NCBI GenBank assembly: GCA_977030845.1
Contig: OZ365118.1
Coordinates: 19,654,001-19,718,000, forward strand
Source of the DNA: Fimbriosthenelais zetlandica
Lineage: Eukaryota
Direction of reading: 5' to 3'
DNA length: 64,000 nucleotides
Below the pieces are notes generated by a model. That model saw only the letters and a program-made list of their open reading frames with translations. It searched no databases and was not told where the DNA came from. The translations under genes and the position numbers were made by a program. Shown here one piece after another: positions 1 to 13,730 of this stretch. Numbering within the stretch: position 1 is the first letter of the stretch; each line of letters starts with the position of its first letter.

Positions 1-145
1 GAGGGTAGAGAGAGGAGCAGGTTCAATAGATAAATCCTGGGCCTTCTTTTTTCTACCTTCACTCTCAATAACATTTAGCTTGGCAGATAGAATCTGAGGC
101 CGGGACCGGACCTGTTTAGAGGGCTGCCATTTATGGCCAGTCTCC

Positions 146-250
146 GAGCCGAACCCCGACCCCCCACCATACACCCCGCCCCCCCCCCCCCCACCATACA
201 CCCCGCCCCCCCCCCCCCCACCATGCACCCCGACCCCCCACCATGCATGG
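146..250. repeat. C-rich tandem repeat, about 4 degenerate copies of CCCCCCACCAT(A/G)CACCCCG
   Basis: Repeated ccaccatacaccccg / ccaccatgcaccccg units separated by poly-C runs, read directly. Confidence 0.8.
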
Positions 251-3200
251 TCTATTAACTCCCATTATGAAAACATTACCCCCTGCTTCATCACAAACCA
301 ACCACTTGTTTACATTCTACATTTTATAAAGACAGATTTCAACTGTCATTTGATGGAAAAGCCAACTAAACATTGAGCATCTTTCCTATCATCGACCAAC
401 AAAAACATTTTATGAAGGTTTGACCATATGATAGAGCCCTGGGCTATATATAGATACTTCTGTCATGTTTCAAACCTGTCTTGCTCGCGAGGAAGTTTTT
501 TAATCTGCACACAGGGAGAGTTGCCTTTGTGGTGAAATCTGCTCCTGAACCTAACGAGCTTTATGTCTGGTACTGACCTGTTTTTATTACAAATTATCAT
601 CCAGTACAAAGGTTGGCAGAGCAGCTCACAAAAGCTGGCAGATCTGCTCAAAAAAGCTGACGCTATGAGGGGATTAGATTCCCCATTATAAAGGTTCAGA
701 ATTCTTATAAAAGATTCATCATTCATAGTTCATAGGAATAATAAAACAGATCTAATCCAAGTGATGTAGTGGAGAAAGATTGGACCAATTTGGTGAGCAC
801 TATGTTGGTATATTGGAGGGCCTGGCTGACCTGTGAGCACGTACTGCTATACCAGACCTGGCCATGGTCAGGTCTAGATGTAATGGTTACAGTCACAGGC
901 CATACAATAATGTCCATGGTATAAACCGTGAGACCATGACCCTAAACTTCTCATTCATGGGTCCCCATCCAGGTCTTTATGGACGATAATGGGGGATTTT
1001 ACATGCTCTTCTACTGCACTCTCTTATCAATGTTCTGATATGGCGGCCCCATGCTGGATTTAACCGGGCCATACTGGTTAAATCGCCTGGACTAAAAGCA
1101 CGAGTCGAGCTTATTTAACTCAGCTAATCAATGAATGCCGCCCGGAGAAAGATGCCTCACTCAAAGATGCAGAATACCTGAGTCGGTGGGAAAGCCAGGC
1201 GCCATAAAGCCAATTGTAGAGCGCTTTATGTCTGTCCAGGCTTGCTGCTTCCTCCTGTCATCAGGGCCAGGCTTTTTATACCCAGCACCACGCTTTGATT
1301 GCAGTGATTTATGTCCAGGCCATGGCTATAACTGAAGCCTACCTTTTTTTTCATTACAATTAAAGATTATTTACTCCACTATCCAGAGCTATCCACAGCT
1401 CATAGCAGGTGCATTGCACTATGGCGATGTGGATTTTATTAGTCTTTTTGGAACATTTTCCTAATCATACAAATGCCTTGATTGTAATTTATGTCGCCCA
1501 TATCCCATTTCCAGCTGGAAGATTTACAATTACCAAATGGCCATTCATTATTTCCTCCTCATTTGACTGGGAGGAAAAGATTAAGCCTTTTCCATCCAGA
1601 TGACTGCTTTTCATTGTCCATAATCCTGAATGATAATCCGTGATATTAGCTACCTACAGTTAATCCTGTAGCAGGGGAAGTGTGAGGGGCGCTGAGGGAA
1701 TCTATAATTACCATTGTCTAATACAGCACACTCAGCTATAGATGTATACTTCATGTGGGCAAGAAATAGATTTGATTGCAGCAGGAGGCGGGAGGGCTTC
1801 CCCGGACTGGAGGGCAGGTGGTGGAGAATGCCGAGTCAGCAGAAATGTAGCTATAACTGGAGGAGAGGCGCCAGACGCAGAAAGACGCGTTAATATTACC
1901 CCATGCTGAGAGATTTAACAGGAAATTCAGTCAGAACTGTTAATATTCCTCAACACCTCAAAAGCAGCTCTTGTCTCCATGACCTTTTATGGCTTTGACA
2001 ATTGCGAATTCAATTCCAAACCGATATTCAAATGGTAAAATGGAAAATGAAAGCGGATGGATGGAGCTCTGAGGTGGCAGTGTTATTTATTGTGGGGATA
2101 GAGAGGTGTTTGTGAGAGTAGAGTGTCTAGTGTCATCTTCTTTATAAGAGGAGGAGGAGGAGGCAGGGTGTAGAGGGATAATCTACTGCCCCTACTAGAT
2201 CTCCATCTCATCCTGGATGTTCAAACTTACTGCCTAATCAAAGTGCAGCTCTCACGGGATGCACACTGCCTCCCTGAGGGACGCCACAAGATAGAAGGCC
2301 AAGCCTGATATACAGCTATCTTATACCAGCCTACCTCCCTCTATCATCCACCATATTGCCTTGACATCTATTATTTTCCCATCTGTTATAATAAAGTGGT
2401 TTCCTAGAGTGAATATACAAGTTGGAATTCTCATATCTAATCTACCATTCAACAAATATACCATTTGTGCATTTGAGAACATATTTCGGTCCTCAGGAGT
2501 TTAGGAGCATTATATATGTGATACAGAAGTAGAAGGTCTTAAGGGGGAGAGATGCAGGGCCTGGCTGGTCGGTACGTGCCACCAGCTCCCCATATTAATC
2601 TCTACCTGATAGGCCAGCTTTAGCTATATGATTCCCCCCAGGGAGGTCTAGTATGAGTTCTAATCATCTCTACCTCATACATATACTGCTCTAATCTCCA
2701 CCCTGCCTCACCAACTCATGCATAGTCAATGTTAAGTCACATCCATGACTACCAGTACTTAGAGCTGCTCCCTTCAAAGTGATTGTCTGATACCAGGTTT
2801 AATGGTACTGGTCAAGGTTTGCTGACCATTACATCTGTCTACCAGGCCTGATTATAAGATGGTGACCAGTGGTCAGATGTGGGGGTGGGTGGTATGGGTG
2901 GTGGGGTTTATTGGTAGAGGGGATGATGGTGCAGGGAATAGATGAGTCGGACATAACGCTGTGCCTTCTTAACGGGTCATTCCAGCCGGCGAGCACAGAA
3001 AGGTTAGGCGAGGTATTCATTCTGCTTCAACACATACCAATAAGGCAGTAACTGCTCACAGGGCAAACCTATTACCGTCTAGCCTTCTCCACTCATATAA
3101 GACCTTCTGATATATTTTGTTAAATATATAAAATGTAAATAATTTTGTTAGGGAAATTACATTTTATCACCCGTCCGTGCTGCATCAACATAATTAAATC

Positions 3201-4257
3201 ATGAATTAATTTCTTTGATAAAACCCTTTGCCCAAGGCAGTCTTCAATAACATGCTCAGACTGAAAAAATTGAAATGTTAGGAGTAAGAGACATGTACGG
3301 AGATTTCATCTTGGGAATGTCAAGCTGTGAAGCCGTGATGACAGGGGAGGTCTTATTTAATTAGTATCCTGGAAACCTTAGGCGTCCACAGCCAAATATG
3401 ATAGAAAAGCTAATAATACGATGAGAGGTACACGGAGCAGATTATACATGGCGCGGCCTGCAGGCATTCTGGCTTTATGTTCCCCGGCCCGGCCACCGGC
3501 AAGCGATTCTTAATATTTCATAGGCTCATGGTAAAACGAGAGCTCGTATATATAAAACACTGTACCTCGTCTAAGGGCCTTTTGGCTCGAGCTTTACTTC
3601 TCATTTTACTGAGGTATACTTCACTCTCCATCACTTTCTCTAACTTTGTGCTTCATTGTACAATTCGCCTTACTCTACTCAATACGCTTTTCTGCTTATT
3701 TGTCTTTTATAAGGTGGGTTCTATATGTGCCAAAGGGCCTTCCATATGGTTAAATGTACCAGTAGCAAAGAATGCTATCAAATCTGAATCTCTTTCTCCC
3801 CAAGATGGGTATGTAAATACATTATATTGTAGATAAATAATGGGGATAACAATTGTAAACAGATTTATTATGCACTATGTAGTTGCATTAGACAGTAGGT
3901 TAAGATCTGGAAGGAATATATGAGGCATTAATCTCATGTATTGATTATGTGCATTGAGGCATTGCCCCCTCATGGTCTCTACTTGGATGGTACCATATAG
4001 CTTCATGTCACTCCATGCCCTTACTCCCATATATTCATCCTGTGTGCCATTCAGAATAGCCGGAGGAGAAAGAAAGGAATAGGACTAGGTACAGAGCAGG
4101 AGAGTAACAAAGATACTGTAAAAATAGAGGAAGAAAGACATGGTGGCAAGTGTGTAGAATCATTGCTCCCTGTGGTTTGCTCAAGTTGTGGTTTGAGAAG
4201 CCAGCAGTGAGAGAGATACATGTTGGTTGTCACGTTTTGGGTTTTGACTATGACCAT

Positions 4258-4380
4258 GTCTATGTGTGGGCATGTAGTGGTCCCAGTCTCTGGGCATGTA
4301 GTGGTCCCAGTCTGAGGGCTTGTGTGGGCATGTAGTGGTCCCAGTCTCAGGCCTTGTAGTGGTCCCAGTCTCAGGGCTTA
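4258..4380. repeat. Minisatellite with core TGTAGTGGTCCCAGTCT, 4 copies
   Basis: The core recurs four times at about 24-33 bp spacing. It explains the repetitive spurious ORFs at 4150-4414. Confidence 0.85.
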
Positions 4381-5169
4381 CAGTATTTGCCTCACACCGC
4401 AGTGATGGACACACATGGCTCTACAGTAGCAATGAAGCGTAAGGTGCGGATTGAGCCAGGACGGGCTGGCCGCCCAGCCTGTGCTCTGGGGCGTTTGAGA
4501 TATGACTGTACATTAAGGGGAGTGGCTGGCTGCCTAAACAAGACTAGGAGCTTGATGAATGCTCCATCCCTCTACCCACTATACCCACCATGCTATAAGA
4601 CCATTACCTCCACTAGTAGTATACTGAGACAGGAGTTCGTGCGCAAACAGTATTAACCATCTTTGTACATCGCATCTCCCAGTGAGCCTTTTCCCAGTCT
4701 TTATAGAGAGGGATCATGCATGGGTTCTGGACCGTGGTGGGATGGGGAAAATAAGCTCCCTGTCTGCGGGAAATTTGATGTGTTTCATACCCCGCCCTGG
4801 GGAGTGTAGTTAGTAGCGGGAGGGCGCGTGATGAGGGTTCTAATGAACCTTTCTCCACCTTTACTGTAGAAGGGCCTGACCCAGGTCTCACACACCACCA
4901 ATACCCTCACTCCCACACCCACCTCTCCCTCACTCATACACCCACCTCTCCTGAGATCTATTAACCAGACCTACCCCCACCCACAGCTTCTATAAATCCC
5001 GCCTAACATGGCCCGTTCAGACCCATACCCCAATGATATCGCTTTGCCCCTTGATGTCCCTTCTACATAGCGCCCCATCAGTTTTAATTTATCACCCTCG
5101 TGGGATTGGATTTATCGGCTGGCTTCAGCAACAGGAGCGGCCTGCCAGGATTTGGTAGCGCAGATATAA

Positions 5170-5661
5170 CTATCTGTGCTCTCCCTTGGTGGCCTGGATG
5201 GCCGCAGCCTTGACCTCCCACTGTTGGTACATATTGGTCAGCCCTGAGAGCGGTCACTGCTGGTAGAAGGCAGTGATAGTCATGATGAAATGTAAGAATT
5301 AGGTGTGATCTTAGAGAGAATCCCCGTCCTCAGACCTGCTCATTGCTAGAAAGACTGACGGCTAGCAGGTACAGTACAAGACCCACTACAACGTCCCAAG
5401 CAAATTACATTTGTCCTAATGTTCCAAACGGGTCCAGTCCAAGAGAAAGCCTAATGGGACTCAAGGGACAGGGAATTTAGAGCAATCTTAGGGCGAATGG
5501 CTGGCGTGGAGTGACGGGTGGATTCTGTTAGCATCTAGAGTGCCTCGTTCGCTTGCCTTACTCTGGCTGTATTTCTTACGTCGGTAGCTTTGCAACACAA
5601 GCTTTCTGAGTTCAATCAATGGTAACTTCAGTGCAAGGACTTTGATTCTCCTACCATTTCC
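5170..5661 (-). CDS. Probable last two coding exons of an unidentified gene (...GNGRRIKVLALKLPLIELRKLVLQSYRRKKYSQ-R-LTNMYQQWEVKAAAIQATKGEHR*)
   Basis: Exon 5661-5562 ends at a GTAAGG donor in phase 1. Exon 5243-5170 starts after ctctcag in phase 1, ends at TAG and has coding-like GC3-rich codons. The phases match, but I recognise no homology. Confidence 0.35.
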
Positions 5662-8600
5662 CTAATGAATGTCAAGCCTTCAGTCGGGACGATTGTTCAA
5701 TGTTGTGATCGATCCCAAGTATAAAACAGTCTGGTCACTGATTAAATGGAATTTTTGCAGTAAAACGTCCATCCACCTTCCCCCCTTTAGCAAATTGCAA
5801 GAACAAAAGAAACAGAAGATTTATTGTCTTAATTACAGTTTGCAGCAGGTTTACTTTGCCGGGGAGAAAATGAGGTTGGCCACCATTCCCGCCACGACAT
5901 AGAGCCATTTATTTTGGGCGGGGATCATTTTTTTCTCCTCCCACACTTGAAGTCGGGCAGAGCAACCAGTAGGGAATGAGTGTGAGTAGAGTCACCTCCT
6001 ACTGGTGGGTCAAAGTGCCGCCATAAACTAGATGGTAGATGACAGTCGCCTAAGTCGATATTAAGGAGGATATTGCCTGTTAGGAACCCTTCTATGATGG
6101 GGTATATTAGCTCTGTATCACCCTGCACGGACAGTATTGATGAAGTATATCACTCATTGTCTCTGACACCTTTCTCTCCCATAGACAGCCACCATATATA
6201 TATATCATTGTATTCAATGTCTTATTTTCCCTATGTCCATTAGAAAGGACACGTATGATTAAAATTTGATATTTTCAGACGATCTGCATCTGTCAATAGA
6301 GATGTGGAGATGACTTTACTGAGAGTATGAGGCACGGATTGATTGTCTTTCTGGCGTCTTCCTCTAGCAATACGTGGCTTATTTATGTTAATACAGCCGT
6401 GTACGATGACAATAGTATAAAAACCCTCCCTCATCGACCTTCCTCCATTATCATTCTAAATCCCCAGCCAGTGTCAACACCCCAGTATTTGTCTCCAGCC
6501 AGAAATCGCATTTTCATTTTGAAAGCCAAGTTGCTTTTTTTGGTGCAGAGCAAACTGACAGGAGTCGGTGGTATGTTTGGTGAGGTAGGGAATATCCGGG
6601 ATGTTACGTACGGGGCATGGGGAAAGGTGGAGGGAATCCAGCATAGTAAAGCCTTATCACCTCCTATCATGCTTCAATGCTACCATTAAATGAGAGTAAG
6701 AAGAACCGTGGAGCATTAGTAGGCTAATATTCACATCATGTTAGATTGTTCTCACTGCTCCTCACATCACCAGACTCCGTGTAGTGTCATGATTCACCGC
6801 TAGGTGATTACTGGTGAATTATAGTGAGATAAATACCCGGCCTGCAATATGCTGCCCATATAATCACCTGTATGCTGCCAGCTTCCCTCAACACAATGTG
6901 CTCGCCTCCAATCCCATATTGTACTTTGAATTTCAAATTACCTACTACCTTATTGCCTTTATTGGCAAGCCATATGGCCTTACTGCATAGGTATAGCGGT
7001 TTTGTCTCTCTCTCTTAATATCCATTGTGCATGATTCAAACTTATTTCATGTGTGGAATATACATACATGTATACCCCCCACACAGTTATAATTAAATGT
7101 TTTACGTTTTAAGAGGTGAGAAGATGTGACATTATTCATGACCGTAAAACCCCAGCTTAACACTAACCCTCACAAGTCACTTGTTCATCCCCTGATTATG
7201 CTCCCGCCGATATCCTCCCCCACCAGCCCTAACAAAAAATCCATCCCGACTAAGCTCTTATTTGTTTTATGTCCACCCTTGATACCTCGCCGCACCCCGG
7301 CCATTCCCCGGCCATTGCCCGCTCCTTCCCATGGGAAACAATGGCCGGTAAAGTGTGGACACGGCCAGCCGTGCATGTCAATGACATGCTATAACTCCCA
7401 ACCTATCATCAAAACGGCCGCCCATCTTAAGAGTTCATCAGGTTTTGGGGTCGCCCTGGCAGCAGCTTGAAGATTCCAGGATAGCATCTCCCTGCTGCTG
7501 GCCGATTGTCCAGACGCAATTTCCTCTGACAAATTGCTTCAGCATTGGTATCCGACTTTTAAGAGGCCATGCTCTGACTTGAGCTCAGCATAAAGTAGGC
7601 TCATGTAAATCAGTGAAAAAACCTCCAAGGCTGGGTGCTGGGCTGTCTGGCTCACCGAGCCTACACTTCCCACTGACTGATGTATGAAAAACCAGCTTCA
7701 TACATGTCTAATGCCATGCCTCATGAATAACACGTCCTCCACATTATAGACTGGTATCCCATTTATAATTGATACCATCACAGACTGCCTGCCAGCCATA
7801 TAATTGCTCTCTACTGCTATCTGTGTCATTTACTAAGCTTAGAGATACTTAATAGTCCCACTCAGTCAACCCATGCATTTCAATCCGCCCCTTGATCATT
7901 GATGTGACATTTACCATAGGCTTCTATAGGCTCTCTGTGTCTCTACAATAGCTCATGGCATCTATGTATGTAAAGTCCTGGCTGTGAGCAGCTCTTGGTT
8001 TGGCAGACAGTGGGACAGCACCAGCTCTGCCCAGATGTTAGAGACAGGAACCGCCCCAGGCTATCCCACTGATGGCCAGGCTGGGTATAGATACATGGTG
8101 AAGGGTGGAAGGACAAAAGCGTGTTGGCAAGCAGCTCCACATACCAGACTTTGAAGTCTAGTCAATGCTCAGGCTGTTTTCCAAACCATTAGGTCTAAAA
8201 CTTATATATAGAGCTTAATATCTGGATATTTTTGTACTTTTGACACATGTATGCCAGACTTGCCAAAAATGGGGAAAAGGACATAATATCACATGTAATT
8301 TGTGCTAGAAATCTACAGTGAATGCATCAGAAGTTGAAATTATTCTTGACTTTCTGAGTTACTCATTATTCCTAAGCATGCAAAATGCCAGAAGCTTCAT
8401 TATTGTAATAATGACCCCAGCCTCCTATAGGATGAATAGTACCTTGTGACTATTGCATAAATTGAGAGCCCTATAGAAACCCTAAAATAGCATGAATGAT
8501 GGTGGCACAAAAGTCCTGAGACCCATAAAGAGTTAGACCCATTCACTCCGTCTGCTCGGAGCAGAAAGCGCAGGAAAAAATGGGGGTAAAGCATGTGAGG

Positions 8601-8842
8601 GAGCGTGGACAGGGCATTGTGAGCGGATAAATCTACACACAACATGCACCACTATATGCTCAACCCTGGACAGACCAGCAAACAGCCAACGGCTATAATG
8701 CATTGTACAGTGGCCTATTGGGGACGGGGGGGGGGGGGGGGCGGGTGGGAGGGAAGCCCTTTCTAAAGGCCCTGTAGTGAAGGCAGAGAATGGAGGAATC
8801 CTAACGGAATAAGATCGTGTCTCACTCCAGGAAATACTTGAT

Positions 8843-8906
8843 GCGCATGTCACCGGAAGTGAGAGGAAGTGCCGCCATGTTGTGGCGTTACTATTGGGTG
8901 GGCGTG
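8843..8906. promoter_or_regulatory. Housekeeping-type promoter motifs: tandem ETS sites, YY1 site, partial NRF1 site, GC box
   Basis: CCGGAAGT 8853-8860, GAGGAAGT 8863-8870, GCCGCCATGTT 8871-8881, GCGCATG 8843-8849, GGGCGTG near 8900. On the minus strand the YY1 site overlaps aacATGGCG (ATG at 8878), followed by a GTGAGA donor at 8825. Confidence 0.55.
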
Positions 8907-11900
8907 ATTGAGTGTGTCTCTCCATTTTACCCCGTCACTGAGGTCAGACATGGAGTGAGAGAGTCACTGTCTATCACAGTTCAGACTTTAATGAAGTCCC
9001 TCTATAGCCCCGGACACACTAGGCCGGTTATACCAGCCTGGTCTTGAGTTGGCTCCTCAGCCTAGTGAAGCACTAACTGATTGACAGCTGATTGAATACT
9101 CTACTGATTGAATACCCATTGTACATGAACCCAACACTTTATCAAAAAGATATCGTAGATCCCATCAATCACAATGACTCAGTACAGTCTATGGAATAAT
9201 TGGTTCAATGTATTCAGGGCAGTATTTTCCCCTGTCCTTGAATGATAGAATCTGAGTCTGAGAGAAATAAATGAACTCGTCTCGTCTCGATTCGCCCTAA
9301 AGATGGAGGCAGTGATAGGCAATCATATCTGACCAGAAATCCAATGACAAGACCAATCATAGAGGGATGTCTGAGATAAGGGAGGCCGGATATTATGTAA
9401 TAATAATGCCAGCATGCTACATGCTTCCTTTGAGAGATTGAATCAAATCTAGAGTGTCAAAACCCATTAGCTTTCTGTCCATCTCAAAAAGAGGAAGCGA
9501 ACCAAGCATGCCAAGCTTGAGGCAGGGCAAGCTTCAGAGAGCGCCAGAATGATGATCGCCTTAATATTATGAATATTTCAATATTCAAATTTTGGGAAGT
9601 CATCTAAAAGTTGATATAAAGGAGCAGAATTCATTGCTATCCATTGTATCTAGAACGAAAGATTCTCAAATGCAGCGCCTTAAGATTGCACTGCTGGGAC
9701 CGTTAAGAAAAAACCAGATTGTTTTTACAGTGTGACAGTGTGAGCTCATGTAATATCAATAAATTGCAGGGACTTACTCTTATTGTACAAACATCTTTAG
9801 TGCTTCAATGAAAGTCAAACACTTGACTTGGGGAATACACAATATCTGAATGTGAAGACTATATATTCCCAGCCCTCCTTGACCATCATTTATCTCTGAT
9901 CCTGGAGACCAAATATTTATCAAATGTCTGTGAGTAAGGTCTGACATAAATCTTAGTGTTGTGATAGGGCCGGGATTGTTTGTGGGGAAGTGATAATGTA
10001 AGCATGGCCAGGCCGGCATGGCCAGATGAGCTGTGAGTCTCATTTAATATACATTACATGTCTCTAACACTTACATGCTGTTAACCACATTAAACTGTGT
10101 TAAATATTAACATTTATGTGGACATTTATACATGGATATATTTAATATTCACCCCTTTGTTTGGTCATTTCAATAATACCTGGTTTAAATTGAATGAGTG
10201 TGTTCCCATGAGGGAGGTGTAGATGAGGGTTTGGGGATTTGATGAGCTGCTCTCAGCATGTGAAACCATTACATTAGTAACATCATTCCCCTCACAGCTT
10301 GATTGACTCAGTCCTGCTCCCACACAGTAGACTGACCACGTCCCCCGCTGACCACAGTTATTCTTTATACAGACTAGCATATATCCTACCAAAGGGCTTA
10401 CAATAAGCCCCTTGATCCTTCTACAGGGATTATTTCTAGACCGACTATGCAAGTCTATTGTTTTGACTCGTCATGTGTTCTTGTTGCCTGTGTGGGGAGT
10501 TATGTCTGTTCTTGTTTCCAACTGTCCATTTCTGATAATTAGATAACTTCATAACTAAGTTTTACTTTTAGTAGAACCAATTTTAGTCCCACTTTACGAG
10601 GAAAGAAAGTACTTTGTAAAGTGGTCATGACTTATAATAAGTATTCTAGACTATAACGTTTAGACCAACAAGGTGCCTTGTCTGCTATATAACGAGCAGG
10701 GAGGGGGAAAGGTCACTTATTTTAGTCATCTGAAGGGAAACAATGAACGCACTCTCTCTCCCCAATTCACCCCTCAACGCAAACAAGGTGAGGGGTAACT
10801 CTAGTGTAACCGCCTTATCACCCCATGCTAAACACATGTAGAGGGTAGAGGCTATACCCTGAGACTATACAACATCATCAAAGGCCATGTAATGAACCCG
10901 GAGAATCCTCTAATTAAACAGAAATTAATCATGTGCTCCGGAGTGGAATATCATTCAATGGAAGGCAGTATTGAATTGGATTCTTATCAAAAACTGGGAT
11001 GTGAAAATGCCATGAATTAATGAACAATGAGTGGTCTGTCCTCTCATTGTGTAACGTTGACTGGCTGTAGGTGGGTGTAGGTAGAGGAGATGAGTAGAGG
11101 TTGTAGGCTGTGGCTGACTTGTTAGTTCAGGCAGTGTTCATTTCAGCCCCTGTAATTGTAACATATCACTCAGTTCCCCCTCCTACCACTCTGTCTACCC
11201 TCTCACTACCAGTCTCCTCCTCTCACTATGATAAACCTCCCTCCATGCGTTTACAATCCCTCTACACCACCCACTCTATGTATGTGGGCTGGATATTTAT
11301 ACAAATAATCATAGAGGTGGCTCTATCCCACGTTATGATGCATCCCCAAGTGGAGAAAGTTTAACTCATTAATTGACGTGAAAATTAGCTTAAGAGACAC
11401 TTGTAATAGGCTTCTAAGTTTTGGGACTTAGATCGTAGACTAGCATGGTACCCTAAACTTACTATAGTCTAGTAAAGTAACAACCATTTGATATGGCTTT
11501 CAGATCTGGATTTATAATTAGAAAAACACTGGCATATCCTGATATATTGACAAGATATCTACGATTCTATTCACATCTTACCTATAAGATAATGTTAATC
11601 TTGCACATCATGATCTAGCTTCTATTATAAAGATAATGACCTGTGCACGTCTATGCTGTAAGATGTGATATTCAGGTGGTGATCGTGGAGTGACAGTGTG
11701 ACCATTGTTGTATGTATTATACCAGCCATGCTCACGTCTACCACTGATCGCCCATCACACATGTTAAATATATACAGCCTATTATCCTTATCTCCCATGC
11801 AATATGACCAACCGTCACTGGTGTTAGAGCGGTGATTGATTCACGGGCGGGAGGGCTGGGGCAGTGGAGCTATCTATGCATGGAATGTGTCCATCCAATA

Positions 11901-13404
11901 TTTACCTCTAATAGCATCTCTAGCAGAGCAATCATCCAGACCTATTTTGGATCCATTAAGTTCAGCATTTTACCAATTTGCTAGACAATAAAGGTATCTT
12001 TGTTCTTGTGAATTGTAACGTTTAAAATGGTCGACCTTTCACAAACAGGTCCTTTGTTAGCTAGTTTATAGCTACTATGAGCTGCAACTATTAGGGTAGA
12101 TAGATTTAGGACCATTTGCTGTGAAACTTAAATTACAGAGCAATTTTGTGCTCTATTTTAAATGTTAGAGTTGGTAAAGCAGAAGAGAAACAGGGAATCA
12201 TTAGCTGAACAAATAAGTCCTTGTACCATTATCAAAGTACCATCCAGGGGATCTAAATGATTTGTAGACGATCTGACGTAATCGAGTGCACCAGTGTTTT
12301 TTAGATTAATTGCCTTTAATCAAAGAGTCAGTCTAGTAGGATGCGGGCCTCAGTGACCCAATGGGTGCCACCATTTGTCACAATCCTCAGCATGTCATCT
12401 CCAGGAGGAGGTAGCCACGGGAATACTCCATGAATCTGATTGAGAGTGAGAGGTCTGTAATATGGATTTTTGTCAGATATGGATGTTTCTCATGAGCTGG
12501 TGATCTTTCTGGTCGGGGGAATGTCTGATTATTGGACTCCGCTATACGCTTCATTGCTCGGGTTCTGGTAAAGAGTTAAATAGAGTGTTGGAGATGAACG
12601 AGTGGACTCGGGCCACGAGTGTTGTACGACTCTCTGATAACGTGTAATGATTTGTGGAAAGCCAATTTACATCCCCCCCATTACAACTCCCTCTGGGATG
12701 CACTTGGTTATTACAATTACACAATGATACATGAGTAATTACTGACAGGGAGAAGCTCTGATAGTCCTTTATAAACCCATTCAGACCTCTATAAAATATT
12801 AAACAATACTGAAGGAACTCATAAGCTTAGTTGGAAAAGCTGAAAGGGGTACCGATTGACCTAAATGAAAATCAATGAAAAACATGGCCTGCAGTTTGGA
12901 AAGGTCCAAAAATGCAATGATGGATGCATGGCGTGTAAAATTATAAGGAGGTTTTTGTTTAGGGGTGCCACCCATTCCTGGAGGCCTTCCCAAGCTTCAG
13001 ATCGCTCTTTGGTAAAAATGCATCCTTCCTGGAGTGGCCTGGTTCAAGTACCCATTTTTCTATTAGAAGAAGAAGGAGACATGGAACAGAGCTTTCAAGT
13101 TGTCAACATTGCTTTGACAAAGACATTGCATTGGACAGACATAGACATCACTGAGCTAGTGATGTATATGTTTATATGTCTGTCCCCAGAATTAGATCTT
13201 ATATACGTCTGTTGCTCTTTAGCTTAGCCAACCATCTTCACAGCGAGGGGGAGATGTGTGTGCTGCAGCAGGACCATCACATGTAAACACACAATCATGG
13301 ACACAAGAGCAAGGGACAGTAGAAGGAAGGTCCATCTCTAATATTCCCCTCAAATACATGAAATGAACATTGTAACGCTATTAGAGGCTGTTAGACATAC
13401 TCAC

Positions 13405-13730
13405 CCATGGTGGCAGCTGGCTGGCCTGGCCTGTCACTCCTTATTCTACTAGATGATATTGGTAAATGTAGAGGACAATTGTTCGGGAGGTGGAGGGAGG
13501 AATTGGCGCGCTTTCTCAGGCCTGATGATCCTGCTGCTCGTCCTCGTCTTGCCCACCACCACCACCACCACCAGCTCCAGCACCACTCTCTAGCACCACC
13601 ACCGCCACCACCACCACCTCACGTTGCTGATGCTGAGGTTACTTCACCATCAAAACAAACCAGTGTCCCAAACCCGAGTGCGCAGGCGTACCCACCACCA
13701 CCACCACTACATCTCTCCTCCTCCCGCCCT
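13405..13730 (-). promoter_or_regulatory. Promoter and first exon of a minus-strand gene; the exon ends at ATG-G|GTGAGT
   Basis: Minus strand reads GCTGCCACC-ATG-G|GTGAGTATG, a perfect Kozak context (ATG 13408-13406) followed by a consensus donor. NRF1-like TGCGCAGGCGTA at 13679-13690, GC box at 13723-13729, (GGT)n-rich leader. Downstream exons not identified. Confidence 0.55.

Noticed and set aside
1-3060. Several open minus-strand segments bounded by splice-like signals (1-110, 1190-1330, 1750-1910, 2840-3020)
   Set aside because: They may be exons of a gene running off the window edge, but I could not build a phase-consistent, recognisable protein.
4255-4380. Short repeats with variable spacing that superficially resemble a CRISPR array (also 17690-17910 and 23975-24085)
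   Set aside because: No unique spacers of constant length, eukaryotic context and no cas genes; these are minisatellites.
8720-8752. Long G or C homopolymer runs (also 30133-30147, 30207-30225, 46985-47020, 60003-60023) as G-quadruplex elements
   Set aside because: They recur throughout the window without positional pattern, and homopolymer lengths are error-prone.
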